Of a stretch of DNA of 64,000 nucleotides, positions 1 through 9,776 are shown piece after piece. Position 1 is the stretch's first letter, and every line of letters starts with the position of its first letter. The notes below the pieces were generated by a model. It searched no databases. It saw only the letters and a list, made by a program, of their open reading frames with translations, and was not told the DNA's origin. This stretch comes from the human T2T-CHM13v2.0 reference genome, Homo sapiens. Location of the stretch: NCBI GenBank assembly GCA_009914755.4, contig CP068257.2, positions 16,928,001 through 16,992,000 on the forward strand. The letters are read 5' to 3'. A program made the position numbers and the translations under genes.

Positions 1-303
1 TCTAGGGGCATCAGAAACTGAAACGCTATCTTCTTCTGTTTGAAATGGTTCTAAAGCTGCTTTAATAATGGCCTAATCATTCCATACTGTAAGTGGAATG
101 ATATTACTTTTCCTACCTGCTTGTTTTAGTTCCTTACTAATTCTTTTTTAATCTTTTAGATCTAAAGTTCCTTGTTCTGGAAACTATGGGCAAAATTGTT
201 CTATTATTTGAAATAGCTTGATTAGATTTTTTGTAGATACTTTAACTCCCCCTCTTTTTAAAAGAATTTTAATAAAGCTGAGATAAGAGGCATATTTACT
301 TCT

Positions 304-1287
304 AATTTTAGGGGTGGGTTGCCCCTCCACAACTGTGGGTGTTTCTCGTAAGGTGGAACGAGAGACTTAGGAAAGAAAAAGACACAGAGACAAAATATAG
401 AGAAAGAAATAAGGGGACCCGGGGAACCAGCGTTCAGCATATGGAGGATCCCCCCAGCCTCTGAGTTCCCTTAGTATTTATTGATCATTTGTGGGTGTTT
501 CTCGAAGAGGGGGATGTGTCAGGGTCACAAGACAATTGTGGGGAGAGGGTCAGCAGACAAACACGTGAACAAAGGTCTTTGCATCATAGACAATGTAAAG
601 GATTAAGTGCTGTGCTTTTAGATATGCATACACATAAACATCTCAATGCTTTACAAAGCAGTATTGCTGCCCGCAGGTCCCACCTCCAGCCCTAAGGCGG
701 TTTTTCCCTATCTCAGTAGACGGAGCATACAATTGGGTTTTATACCGAGACATTGCATTGCCCAGGGACAGGCAGGAGACAGATGCCTTCCTCTTGTCTC
801 AACTGCAAGAGGCATTCCTTCCTCTTATACTAATCCTCCTCAGCACAGACCCTTTACGGGTGTTGGGCTGGGGGACGGTCAGGTCTTTCCCTTCCCACGA
901 GGCCATATTTCAGACTATCACATGGGGAGAAACCTTGGACAATACCTGGCTTTCCTAGGCAGAGGTCCCTGCGGCCTTCCGCAGTGTTTGTGTCCCTGGG
1001 CACTTGAGATTAGGGAGTGGTGATGACTCTTAAGGAGCATGCTGCCTTCAAGCATCTGTTTAACAAAGCACATCTTGCACCGCCCTTAATCCATTCAACT
1101 CTGAGTTGACACAGCACATGTTTCAGAGAGCACGGGGTTGGGGGTAAGGTCATAGATTAACAGAATCTCAAGGCAGAAGAATTTCTCCTAGTACATAACA
1201 AAATGGAGTCTCCTATGTCTACTTCTTTCTACACAGACACAGTAACAATCTGATCTCTCTTGCTTTTCCCCACACCTGGCAATAAAT
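304..1287 (-). mobile_element. Solo LTR12-family (HERV9) long terminal repeat, ~980 bp
   Basis: Reverse complement of 1287->1200 reads TGTGGGGAAAAGCAAGAGAGATCAGATTGTTACTGTGTCTGTGTAGAAAGAAGTAGACATAGGAGACTCCATTTTGTT, the canonical LTR12 5' end. The body matches LTR12C along its length (…GAGAAACACCCACAGATGATCAATAAATACTAAGGGAACTCAGAGGCTGG…). The 3' end …CAACCCACCCCTA lies at ~304-320. Flanks do not look like HERV9 internal sequence, so a solo LTR. Confidence 0.8.
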
Positions 1288-1439
1288 AACACTCATTTTA
1301 TAGTATGTTGTTATTAAAGACATTTTACTGAACATGAATTCTTTGCAAGATAATGTTATAATAAGTTAATATTTAATTTTTTTAAATTGGACATTTTATT
1401 TTTTAAAAAGACCATGAAAAGTCGTGCTTTTCCACTTAC

Positions 1440-1600
1440 AGGCTGCATGACTTGGGCAAATAATTCAGCTGCTATGATTCTCAGATGTATTCTTTTTACA
1501 TAATACATATGAGATTTAAAATAAAATATATATCTGAAATACTTAGCAAAGTGCTTGGCATATATTATGCTGTAAATAAGTATTATCTTTTTTGTTGTCT
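1440..1600 (+). mobile_element. MIR (mammalian-wide interspersed repeat) fragment
   Basis: ctgcatgacttgggcaaat… resembles the MIR core ctgtgtgaccttgggcaagtcactt. acttagcaaagtgcttggcatatattatgctgtaaataagtattat resembles the MIR 3' motif gcttagaacagtgcctggcacatagtaagcgctcaataaatgttagctat. Confidence 0.45.
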
Positions 1601-2293
1601 ATTTCCCTCTATCAGTCAGAGTCAATTCAGAAAACAAAATCACATCAGTTACTTTACCAATAGAATTTAATGTAAACAATTGTTAACCATGTACAAATTT
1701 GTTAATTAGCTTATAAGAAAGTCCAGACTAAAACTATAGGGTATCATGGAGGCAACAATTGAAATAATCTACCATTGTTCCCTATGGCTAGAAGAACAAA
1801 AGGAAGATGTTAGAATTACTGAAATTTAGAAGCATGGAGGAGGGGCCCGAGAAAATGAAACACAAACCTTGGAGAAGAGGGTGCTGGTGTGAGTGGTGAT
1901 GAGGCTGGTAAGGCTGGTATAGTAAATGTTGGAAAAACTGCAACCTGGATTTAGTTGCAACCGCAGGGAGGAACTGCTGCTGCCAGGGTGAAGAAACACT
2001 GCTATAGTGGAAGCTGCGGGAGCGAGAGAATGTAAGCAAGCCTAGAGGAAGAAAACAGGAAGGAGGAAGTCACTTCCTCCCCCAGCCTCAGTCTCTCAGT
2101 ACCACTTTATCCTGGCAGAGTAGAAAGTGGTTTTTCAGATGCTAGTCCTAGCATCACAAAGCAAAGGTGAAGTTAGAGTGGAGAGAGAATAGCTTCATAA
2201 ATAGCCTACTTTTTCACTCCTCTAACTCCATTCATTTTTACCTCTAATTTTTCCTTCTTACTTTCTATCATTTCTTTTTTCTTCTTTTTGAGG

Positions 2294-2582
2294 TTTTTTT
2301 TTTTCTTAGACGGAATCTTGCTCTGTCGCCCAGGCTGGAGTGCAATGGCGCAGTCTAGGCTCACTGCTACCTCTTCCTACTGGGTTCAAGTGATTCTCCT
2401 GCCTCAGCCTCCTGAGTAGCTGGGACTACAGGTACGTGCCACCGCACCTGGCTAATTATTTTTAGTAGAGATGGGGTTTCACCGTGTTGGCCAGGCTGGT
2501 CCCAAGCTCCTGACTTCATGATCTGCCCGCCTCGGCCTCCCAAAGTGCTGGGATTACAGGCATGAGCCACCACACCCAGCCC
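2294..2582 (-). mobile_element. Alu (S/J-like), full length, antisense
   Basis: Poly-T at 2294-2304, then ggagtcttgctctgtcgcccaggctggagtgcaatggcgcag… through …gggattacaggcatgagccaccacacccagcc. Classic dimeric Alu read on the complementary strand. Confidence 0.9.
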
Positions 2583-3796
2583 TCTTTTTGCCTTTCTTTA
2601 TTTTCCTCCTGGCTGGCCTTCCATCCTTCCTTCCTTCCTTTTTTGGCGGACAACAATTCTATGGGCTTGAAAAGACATGTTTTTAAATGTAAGCTATTGT
2701 CTTTTATGTAATAAACAGATATCGAAAATTATACATCAGTTCAGGGAATCTATATAATCATTTAAAAAAATCTATGGTGCCAGGCACTTTACATCATCTT
2801 AATTCAAATTATTAAATTTTCACAATCACAGGGATAATAGCAGACCTAAGATTTGAACCCAACATTTTCAGCCTCCAATTATGATGTTTAATTTTTTTTT
2901 CTATATCACAGATTCCAGTTCATTTGGATAAGTAGAGATGAATAATTCAGTCATCACTGTCATTTGAACTAGGTAGGCCTCAAAAGAATATGAAAATTTT
3001 GATACATTGAGAAAGTATATGATACATTATGACCACTGAAAAATTTATAAGCGAATTTGGGATAAGGCAAGACATTCTCCATAAACAATATTCAATAAAT
3101 CTAATAAACTAAAAAGTTGTAAAATTTCCAATATAAATTTATGTAATTTGGGAGGAATAAATGTTTCTTTTTCTTATTATATATGTACTAAAACTTTTAA
3201 GAGAAAATATTTGAAAGTATCATCTTTTACATACAAAAATACAGTTTGGAAGTTAATTAATTGTACTGGGCAATAAAAAAAAATTAAGGTAACTTTCTTA
3301 AAAAGTCCACTAACTGTTATGCTGATGGCAATTTCAAAAGCACATCTTATTATCTAATACGAGAAGATTAATACCAACTAATGTATTTCCTGGTAAAGAT
3401 ATAACATGAATTTAGACCTATAAAGATAAAATTATAACTAATCACCAGAGATGAAAAATAATCTTACTTTTTTTTGAAATTACATTTGAAAATTTTAGAA
3501 AAATATATGTATTAAAACAAGTTTACTCTGTATGTAACTAAATCATCTAAAATATGCAAACATATTTAAAATGATTAAAGCTGCATTTTGATGATAATTT
3601 ACAACTATATGTATAACTACACAGAAGTCTTCAAATGAAAGTTAAAATATCCAAAAACTCATGTTTCATTCTATATTTACCTGTCACTAGGGAACCATGA
3701 TCTTCAGTTGGACTGTTTTTATTTGAGATTAGAGGAGGTTTAGAAAATTAGGAAAATTATAGGTTCCAAATAGAATATACAAATATAGTTGCCAAA

Positions 3797-3955
3797 GTAC
3801 AGAGATAGAGAGAGGAGAGAGAGAATGACAGAAAGAGAGAGAGAGAGAGAAGCAGGAAGAGAAGGAGGATGGGAATGGGAAGGAGGAGGAGGAGAAGGAG
3901 AAAGGGGAGGAGGAAGTTGGTGGAAGGGGAAGGGGAGGGGAGACAGAAATAAGAA
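3797..3955. repeat. Polypurine/polypyrimidine simple repeat (GA/GGA/GGGA-rich), ~160 bp
   Basis: agagatagagagaggagagagagaatgacagaaagagagagagagagaga…ggaaggggaaggggaggggagacag. Over 90% purine on the + strand. This creates the spurious 75-aa ORF 3789..4016. Confidence 0.9.
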
Positions 3956-4255
3956 AATCACCTTGATTGTGCTGGATATAGGCAGAAAGGAATATGTCAT
4001 AAGCATACAAATCTAACCCCTTAGTCTAATTTTTACATTTTAATTATAAATTCCACTTCTACATTTTCTTGTTAACAATTTCCAATAGACAATAAATTTG
4101 AATTGTTAGAATTAGGTGTTTCAAATCCAGTTCATTGTCTAATAGAGATTATGTTCAAGTTACTAATGGAAAAAATTATACCTTAATAGACCTCAAGTGT
4201 ATTATGGACTCAGGTAATTACTACCAAAAACTAAGGTTCTAATGGGCTACTCATC

Positions 4256-4798
4256 CTTTTTTTAAATTTTTATTTCCATAATTTTGGGGATACAGGTAGT
4301 TTTTTGTTACATGGATAAGTTCATTAGTGTTGATTACTGAGATTTTGGTGCACCTGCGATTTTGCTGCACCTGTCACTGGAGTAGTGTACACTATACCTA
4401 GTATGTCATCTTTTATTCCTTACTCCCCTTTCACTCTTCTGTCCTGAGTTCCCAAAATTCATTATATCGTTCTTATGCTTTTGCATCCTCATAACTTAGC
4501 TCCTACTTATAAGTCAGAACATACAGTATTTGGTTTTCCATTCCTGAGTTACTTTACTTAGAATAATGGCTTCCTGCTTCATCCAAGTTGCTGCAAAAGA
4601 CACTATTTCATTCCTTTTTATGACAGAGTAGTATTCCATAAGGTGAATATACCACATTTTTTTACCCACTCATTGGTTGATAGGCACTTAGATTGATTCC
4701 ACGTCTTTGCAATTGTGAATTGTGCTGCTATCAACATGTGTGTGCATGTGTATTTTTCATGTAATGAATTCTTTTTCTTTGGGTAGATACTCAGTAGT
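4256..4798 (-). mobile_element. L1 (older L1PA/L1PB-like) 3' UTR and ORF2 C-terminal region, antisense
   Basis: ttatttccataattttggggatacaggtagttttttgttacatggataagttcattagtg…ggtgcacc, then …acccactcattggttgataggcacttagattgattccacgtctttgcaattgtgaattgtgctgctatcaacatgtgtgtgcatgtg…gggtagatactcagtagtg. This matches the reverse complement of the L1 3' end (…ccattgatgggcatttgggttggttccaagtctttgctattgtgaatagtgccgcaataaacat…). Confidence 0.8.
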
Positions 4799-4799
4799 G

Positions 4800-4912
4800 A
4801 GAAAAAAATCAACAAAGTAAACAGATAACCCACAGATCGGGAGAAAATATTTGCAAACTATGCATCCAACAAAGGGCTAATAGCCAGAATCTACAAGCGA
4901 CTCAAACAAATC
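4800..4912 (+). mobile_element. Short sense-oriented L1 ORF2 patch embedded in antisense L1
   Basis: gggagaaaatatttgcaaactatgcatccaacaaagggctaatagccagaatctacaagcgactcaaacaaatcagcaagaaaaaaa matches sense L1 ORF2 (gaagaaaatatttgcaatctactcatctgacaaagggctaatatccagaatctacaatgaactcaaacaaatttacaagaaaaaaac). Its orientation is opposite to the flanking L1 segments. Confidence 0.55.
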
Positions 4913-5805
4913 AGCAAGAAAAAAATTAAATAGGATGTTGGCTGTGGGTTTGTCATACATGGCTTCGAGGTTTATTTTATTACTTTCAGGTAAATTCCTT
5001 CTGTTCCTATTTTGTTGAGGGTTTTTATCATAAAATGATGCTGGATTTTATCTAATGCCTTTGTTGTGTTTATTGAGATAATCATATGGTTTTTGTTTCT
5101 GTTTATGTGATGTTTTACATTTATTGACTTGCATATGTTAAACCATCCCTGCATCCCAGATCTGAAACCCACTTGATCATGTTGTGTTATCTTTTAGATA
5201 CACTGTTGGATTCGGTTAGCTAGTATTTCGTTGAGGACTTTTGCATCTGTGTTCATCAAGCATATTGCTCTGTAGTTTTCTTTTCTCTATTATGTCCTTT
5301 CCCGGTTTTCTATCATGGTGGTACTGGCTTTAACAAATGATTTAGGGAGAATTTTCTCTTTCTCTTTTTTTTGTTTTGTTTTGTTTTTGTTTTTCTTTTA
5401 ATAGTTTCTGTAGAATTCGTACCAATTCTTCTTTGAATGTCTGGTATAATTCAGCTGTGAATCCACCTGGTTCTGGACATTTATTTTTGTTGGGAATTTT
5501 TTAAATTACTGATTCAATCTCACTGTTTGTTACTGGTTTGTTCGAGATTTCTATTTCTTCTTGATTTAATCTAAGAGGGTTGTATACGGCCAGAAATTTA
5601 TCCAATTCCTTTAGATTTTCTAGTTTGTGTATGTAAAGATTTTCATAGTAGCACTGAATGATCTTTTGTATTTTTGTGGCATTGTAACATCTCCATTTTC
5701 GTTTAACATTGAGCTTTTTAAATCTTCTCTCTTCTTTACATGGTTAATCTCACTATTAGTCTATCAATTTTGTTTATCTTATCAAAGAACCACCTTTTGT
5801 TTCAT

Positions 5806-6003
5806 TTAGCTTTTGTATATATTTTTTTCAATTTCATTTAGTTCTGCTCTGATCTCTGTCATTTCTTTTCTTCTGCTGGTTTGGGTTTCGGTTTGTTCTT
5901 GTTTCTCCAGTTCCCTGAGGTGTGACATTAGGTTGTCTATTTGTGCTCTTTCAGACTTTTCGATGTAGGAATCTAATGCTATGAACTTTCCTCTTAGCAT
6001 CAC
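5806..6003 (-). pseudogene. L1 ORF2 remnant
   Basis: The translation …[57 protein letters not shown] matches L1 ORF2p (…[57 protein letters not shown]…). Confidence 0.7.
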
Positions 6004-6050
6004 TTTTGCTGTATGCTAGAGGTTTTGATGAGTTTTGTCATTAATATCAT

Positions 6051-6263
6051 TCAATTCAAATAATTTTTTAAAATTTCCATCCTGATTTCATTGTTAATCC
6101 CAAAATTTTTCAAGAGCCGACTATTTAATTTCCATGTATTTGTATAATTTTGAAGATTCCTTTTGGTGTTAATTTCCAGTTTTATTCCACTGTAGTCTGA
6201 GAAGATACTTGATATGATTTTGATTTTCATAAATTTATTGAGATTTGTTTTGTGGCCTGGCAT
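6051..6263 (-). pseudogene. L1 ORF2 remnant (endonuclease-proximal region)
   Basis: The translation MPGHKTNLNKFMKIKIISSIFSDYSGIKLEINTKRNLQNYTNTWKLNSRLLKNFGINNEIRMEILK matches L1 ORF2p (…SIFSDHNGIKLEINNKRNFGNYTNTWKLNNMLLND…). Confidence 0.7.
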
Positions 6264-6793
6264 CTAGTAGAGCTTGGAGAATGTTCCATGCACTGATGAG
6301 AAGAATGTCTCCTCTGCAGTTGTTGTGAAGAACGTTTGGTAAATATCTGTTAAGTTCATTTGTCCAGGGTATAGTTTAAGTTCACTGTTTCTTTGTTGAT
6401 TTTGTGTCTTGATGATCTGTCTAGTGCTGTTAGCAGAGTATTGAAGTCCCCCATTATTATTGTGTTGCTATCTGTCTCATTTCTTAGGTCTAATAGTAAT
6501 TGTTTATATATTTGGCAGCTCCTGTATTAGGTGCACATAAATTTAGGATTATAATATCTTCTTGTTGTGCTAATCCTTTTATCATGATTTGATGCCCTTC
6601 TTTGTCTTTTTTGTTTTAACTATTGTTGCTTTATAGTCTGTTTTGTTTGATATATGAATAGCTACTCCTTCTCGCTTTTGGTTTTCACTTGTGTAAAATA
6701 TATTTTTCTACCCCTTAGACTTAAGTTTATGTGAGTCCTTATGTGTTAGGTGAGTCTCTTGAAGACAGCAGATATTTTGTTGTCAGTTTTTAA

Positions 6794-7108
<315 letters not shown>

Positions 7109-8496
7109 CAGCCAATTCTGTATCTTTTTAGTGCAGCATTTAGGCTGCTTACATTCAATGTTAATATTGAGATGTGAGATATTGTTCTATTCATCATGTT
7201 AGTTGTTGCCTAGATACTTTCTTTTTATCATTCTGTTACTGTTTTATAGGTCTTGTGAGTTTTATGCTTTAAGGAGATTCTATTTTGGCATGTACCGAGC
7301 TTTTGTTTCAAGATTTAGAACTCCTTTTAACATTTCTTATAGTTCTGGTTTGGTAGTGGAAAATTCCCTTAGCATTTGATTCTCTGAAAACACAAGCAAA
7401 ACCAAGTTTGTCATTCATTTATGAAGCTTGGTTTTTCTAGATATAAAATTACTGACTGACAGTTATTTTGTTTGTGGTGGCTAAAGATAGGACCCCAATT
7501 CCTTCTGGCTTGTAAGGTTTCTGCTAATAAATCTGTTGTTAGTCTGATAGGTTTTCCTTTATAGGTTACCTGATGCTTTTGTCTCACAGCTCTGAAGATT
7601 CTTTACTTCATCTTGACTTCAGATAGCTTGACGACTATGTGCCTTGGTGATAATCTCTTTGCAATGAATTTCCCAGGAGTTCTTTGTGCTTCTGGTATTT
7701 GGATGTCTAGATCTCTAGCAAGGCCAAGGAAGTTTTTCTCCATTATTCCCTCAAATTGGTTTTCCAAATTTTCAGACTTCACTTCTCTCTCAGGAACACC
7801 AATTATTTTTAGGTTTGGCTGTTTTATGTATTCCTTTATTTCTTGGAGACTTTGTTTATTTTATTATTTCTTTTTTCTTTGCCTTTGACTGATTGGGTTA
7901 ATAAAAGCCTTGTGTTTAAGTTCTGAAATACTTTCTTCTACTTGTTCTAGTCTATTGTTGAAATTTTCCACTGCATTTTGTTTTTTCTTAAGTGTGTATT
8001 TCATTTCCAGAAATTCCTATTACTTTTTTCTTTATGATATCTATTTCTCTGGAGAAAAATTTATTCATATCCTGAATTTTTTTCTTAATTTCTTTAAGTT
8101 GCTTTTCACTTTTCTACAGTATCTCCTTGAGTAGCTTAATAATTAACTTTCTGAATTCTTTGGCATTTCAGAGATTTCTTCTTGATTTGAATCCATTGCT
8201 GGGGGGCTAGTGTGATCTTTTGGAGGTGTTATAGAGCTCTGTTTTGTCATATTACCAGACTTAACATTCTGGTTCTTTCTTATTTGGGTAGACTATTTCT
8301 TCACATTGTTCTTGAATTTATTTTTGATTGGACTTTTTTTTATTGCTTTTTTTCCCCTCTGAAGGATCTGACTTTAGTGTTTGTAGTTTATTTTAGCCTA
8401 ATTTGATTCTTGGTGCTTTTAGGGTTGAAGACTCAGTATGAGTTCCTTAGTTATAGAGCATCTTTGTACACTGGGTTTCCCAGATCCTAGTTGTAG

Positions 8497-8622
8497 TAGT
8501 TGTATACTTGGTGTGTGAGAAGGTTCACTGTATCCTATGGGATTGGAATCACAGGGATCTCTTGAAGCTTATCTTGTTCTCTTGTGGTGTACACTTTATT
8601 TATTTATTTATTTTATTTTTCC
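8497..8622. repeat. Copy 1 of a ~125-bp locally duplicated segment (copy 2 lies inside MADE1 at 9619-9744)
   Basis: gtgtgtgagaaggttcactgtatcctatgggattggaatcacagggatctcttgaagcttatcttgttctcttgtggtgtacactttatttatttatttattttatttttcc. It is about 95% identical to 9619-9744. Confidence 0.85.
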
Positions 8623-9582
8623 CAAGTAGTTTATTTACTCAGTTGATGATTCAGGCTCCAAGCCAATAGGGGAGGTATTTCTGGGTAGGCATCAGTTGTA
8701 GCTAAAGCAGGTGGGTAAATGTAATAACCAATGTTGGGCAGAGGTCTTAGCCTTGATGAAGGTGACTCCTGGAGCTCTTAATTAGATGGCTTTATCAGGG
8801 TGAAGGATGGGAGCTACGTCAGCTCCCATGCCAGACCAGCAGGAAAGCTATCCACCTCACAGCCTCACTCTTGTCCCAGTAGTCTGACTATTCAGATCAC
8901 ACAGGAACTTCTTTTCATCTGTAGGAATGTGAATGTTCCAAATAGGGAGGAATTGTTACTCTCAATTTTGATATTGCCTTCCTTTCTGGATATGGAATGT
9001 ATCTACGCATATGAAAGCTTCAAATGTTTTTAATTTATGATTATCATATTGTTACTAAATGACCATAGAACAGTAAATTGCACAATTAAAATGAATTTTA
9101 GCCAGTTTGTGTGACAAAGAAGGAGGAGGTAATAAAGAATCAAGTGAAATGCGTTCAAAACTGTTTTACCTCTCTGCACCAAAGCATTGACCTAGAATCA
9201 CATTCTAAAGAAGATCTTTCTAATCAACTTCTCTAGAAATAAACAAAAACAACTTCATTGAATTCTCAACACAAGAATCCCTGCCTCACAAGGGAACCTG
9301 TACCAATTGCAGCATGTCTGAACTCAGTGATAGAGTGGGATGTTTGGCTAGCACCAATGTGGAGTTACAGAATTCTCCTGCCCATTTTCTTTCTTAGTAC
9401 TCCTCTCTCTACACTGAGATCCATAAACTTCTGTTCTGGATGTCCCAGCTTGGTTTACTATTCTCTTTATCAAACTTTATTACCATTTTATAAATTCTTC
9501 AGTCACCATTACAATAATATCATATACTTTATTTGCCAAGGGACATATAAACCATGCATGCATGTCAGGTTTACTCTTGATA

Positions 9583-9776
9583 TTATGTTGGTGCAAAAGT
9601 AATGGTATTTTTGCCATTCGTGTAGTTGGTGTGTGAGAAGGTTCACTGTATCCTATGGGAATGGAATCGCACGGATCTCTTGAAGCTTATCTTGTTCTCT
9701 TATGGTGTACACTTTATTTATTTATTTATTTATTTTATTTTTCCATTTTTGCCATTACTTTTGCACCAACCTAATA
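9583..9776. mobile_element. MADE1 (Hsmar1-derived mariner MITE) with a 125-bp internal insertion
   Basis: The left end ttatgttggtgcaaaagtaatggtatttttgccatt and right end atttttgccattacttttgcaccaacctaa match the MADE1 palindrome TTAGGTTGGTGCAAAAGTAATTGCGGTTTTTGCCATT…TTTTGCACCAACCTAA. Flanking TA dinucleotides are present. Confidence 0.65.
9619..9744. repeat. Copy 2 of the ~125-bp duplicated segment, located between the two halves of MADE1
   Basis: cgtgtagttggtgtgtgagaaggttcactgtatcctatgggaatggaatcgcacggatctcttgaagcttatcttgttctcttatggtgtacactttatttatttatttatttattttatttttcc. Confidence 0.85.

Noticed and set aside
304-520. Apparent novel internal tandem duplication in the LTR (tgtgggtgtttctcg… occurring twice)
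   Set aside because: The GAGAAACACCCACA box is present twice in the LTR12 consensus itself. This is an intrinsic feature of the family, not a new duplication.
2367-2573. ORFs inside Alu elements (e.g. 2367-2573, 6800-7053, 17764-18085, 29580-29948, 44052-44357)
   Set aside because: The typical Alu-derived peptides (…[13 protein letters not shown]…, …[10 protein letters not shown]…) come from SINE sequence, not genes.
3729-4016. Overlapping ORFs on both strands (75, 88, 93 aa) encoding G/E/R-rich or S/P/L-rich peptides
   Set aside because: They are artefacts of reading through the polypurine/polypyrimidine simple repeat. Low-complexity translation is not evidence of coding.
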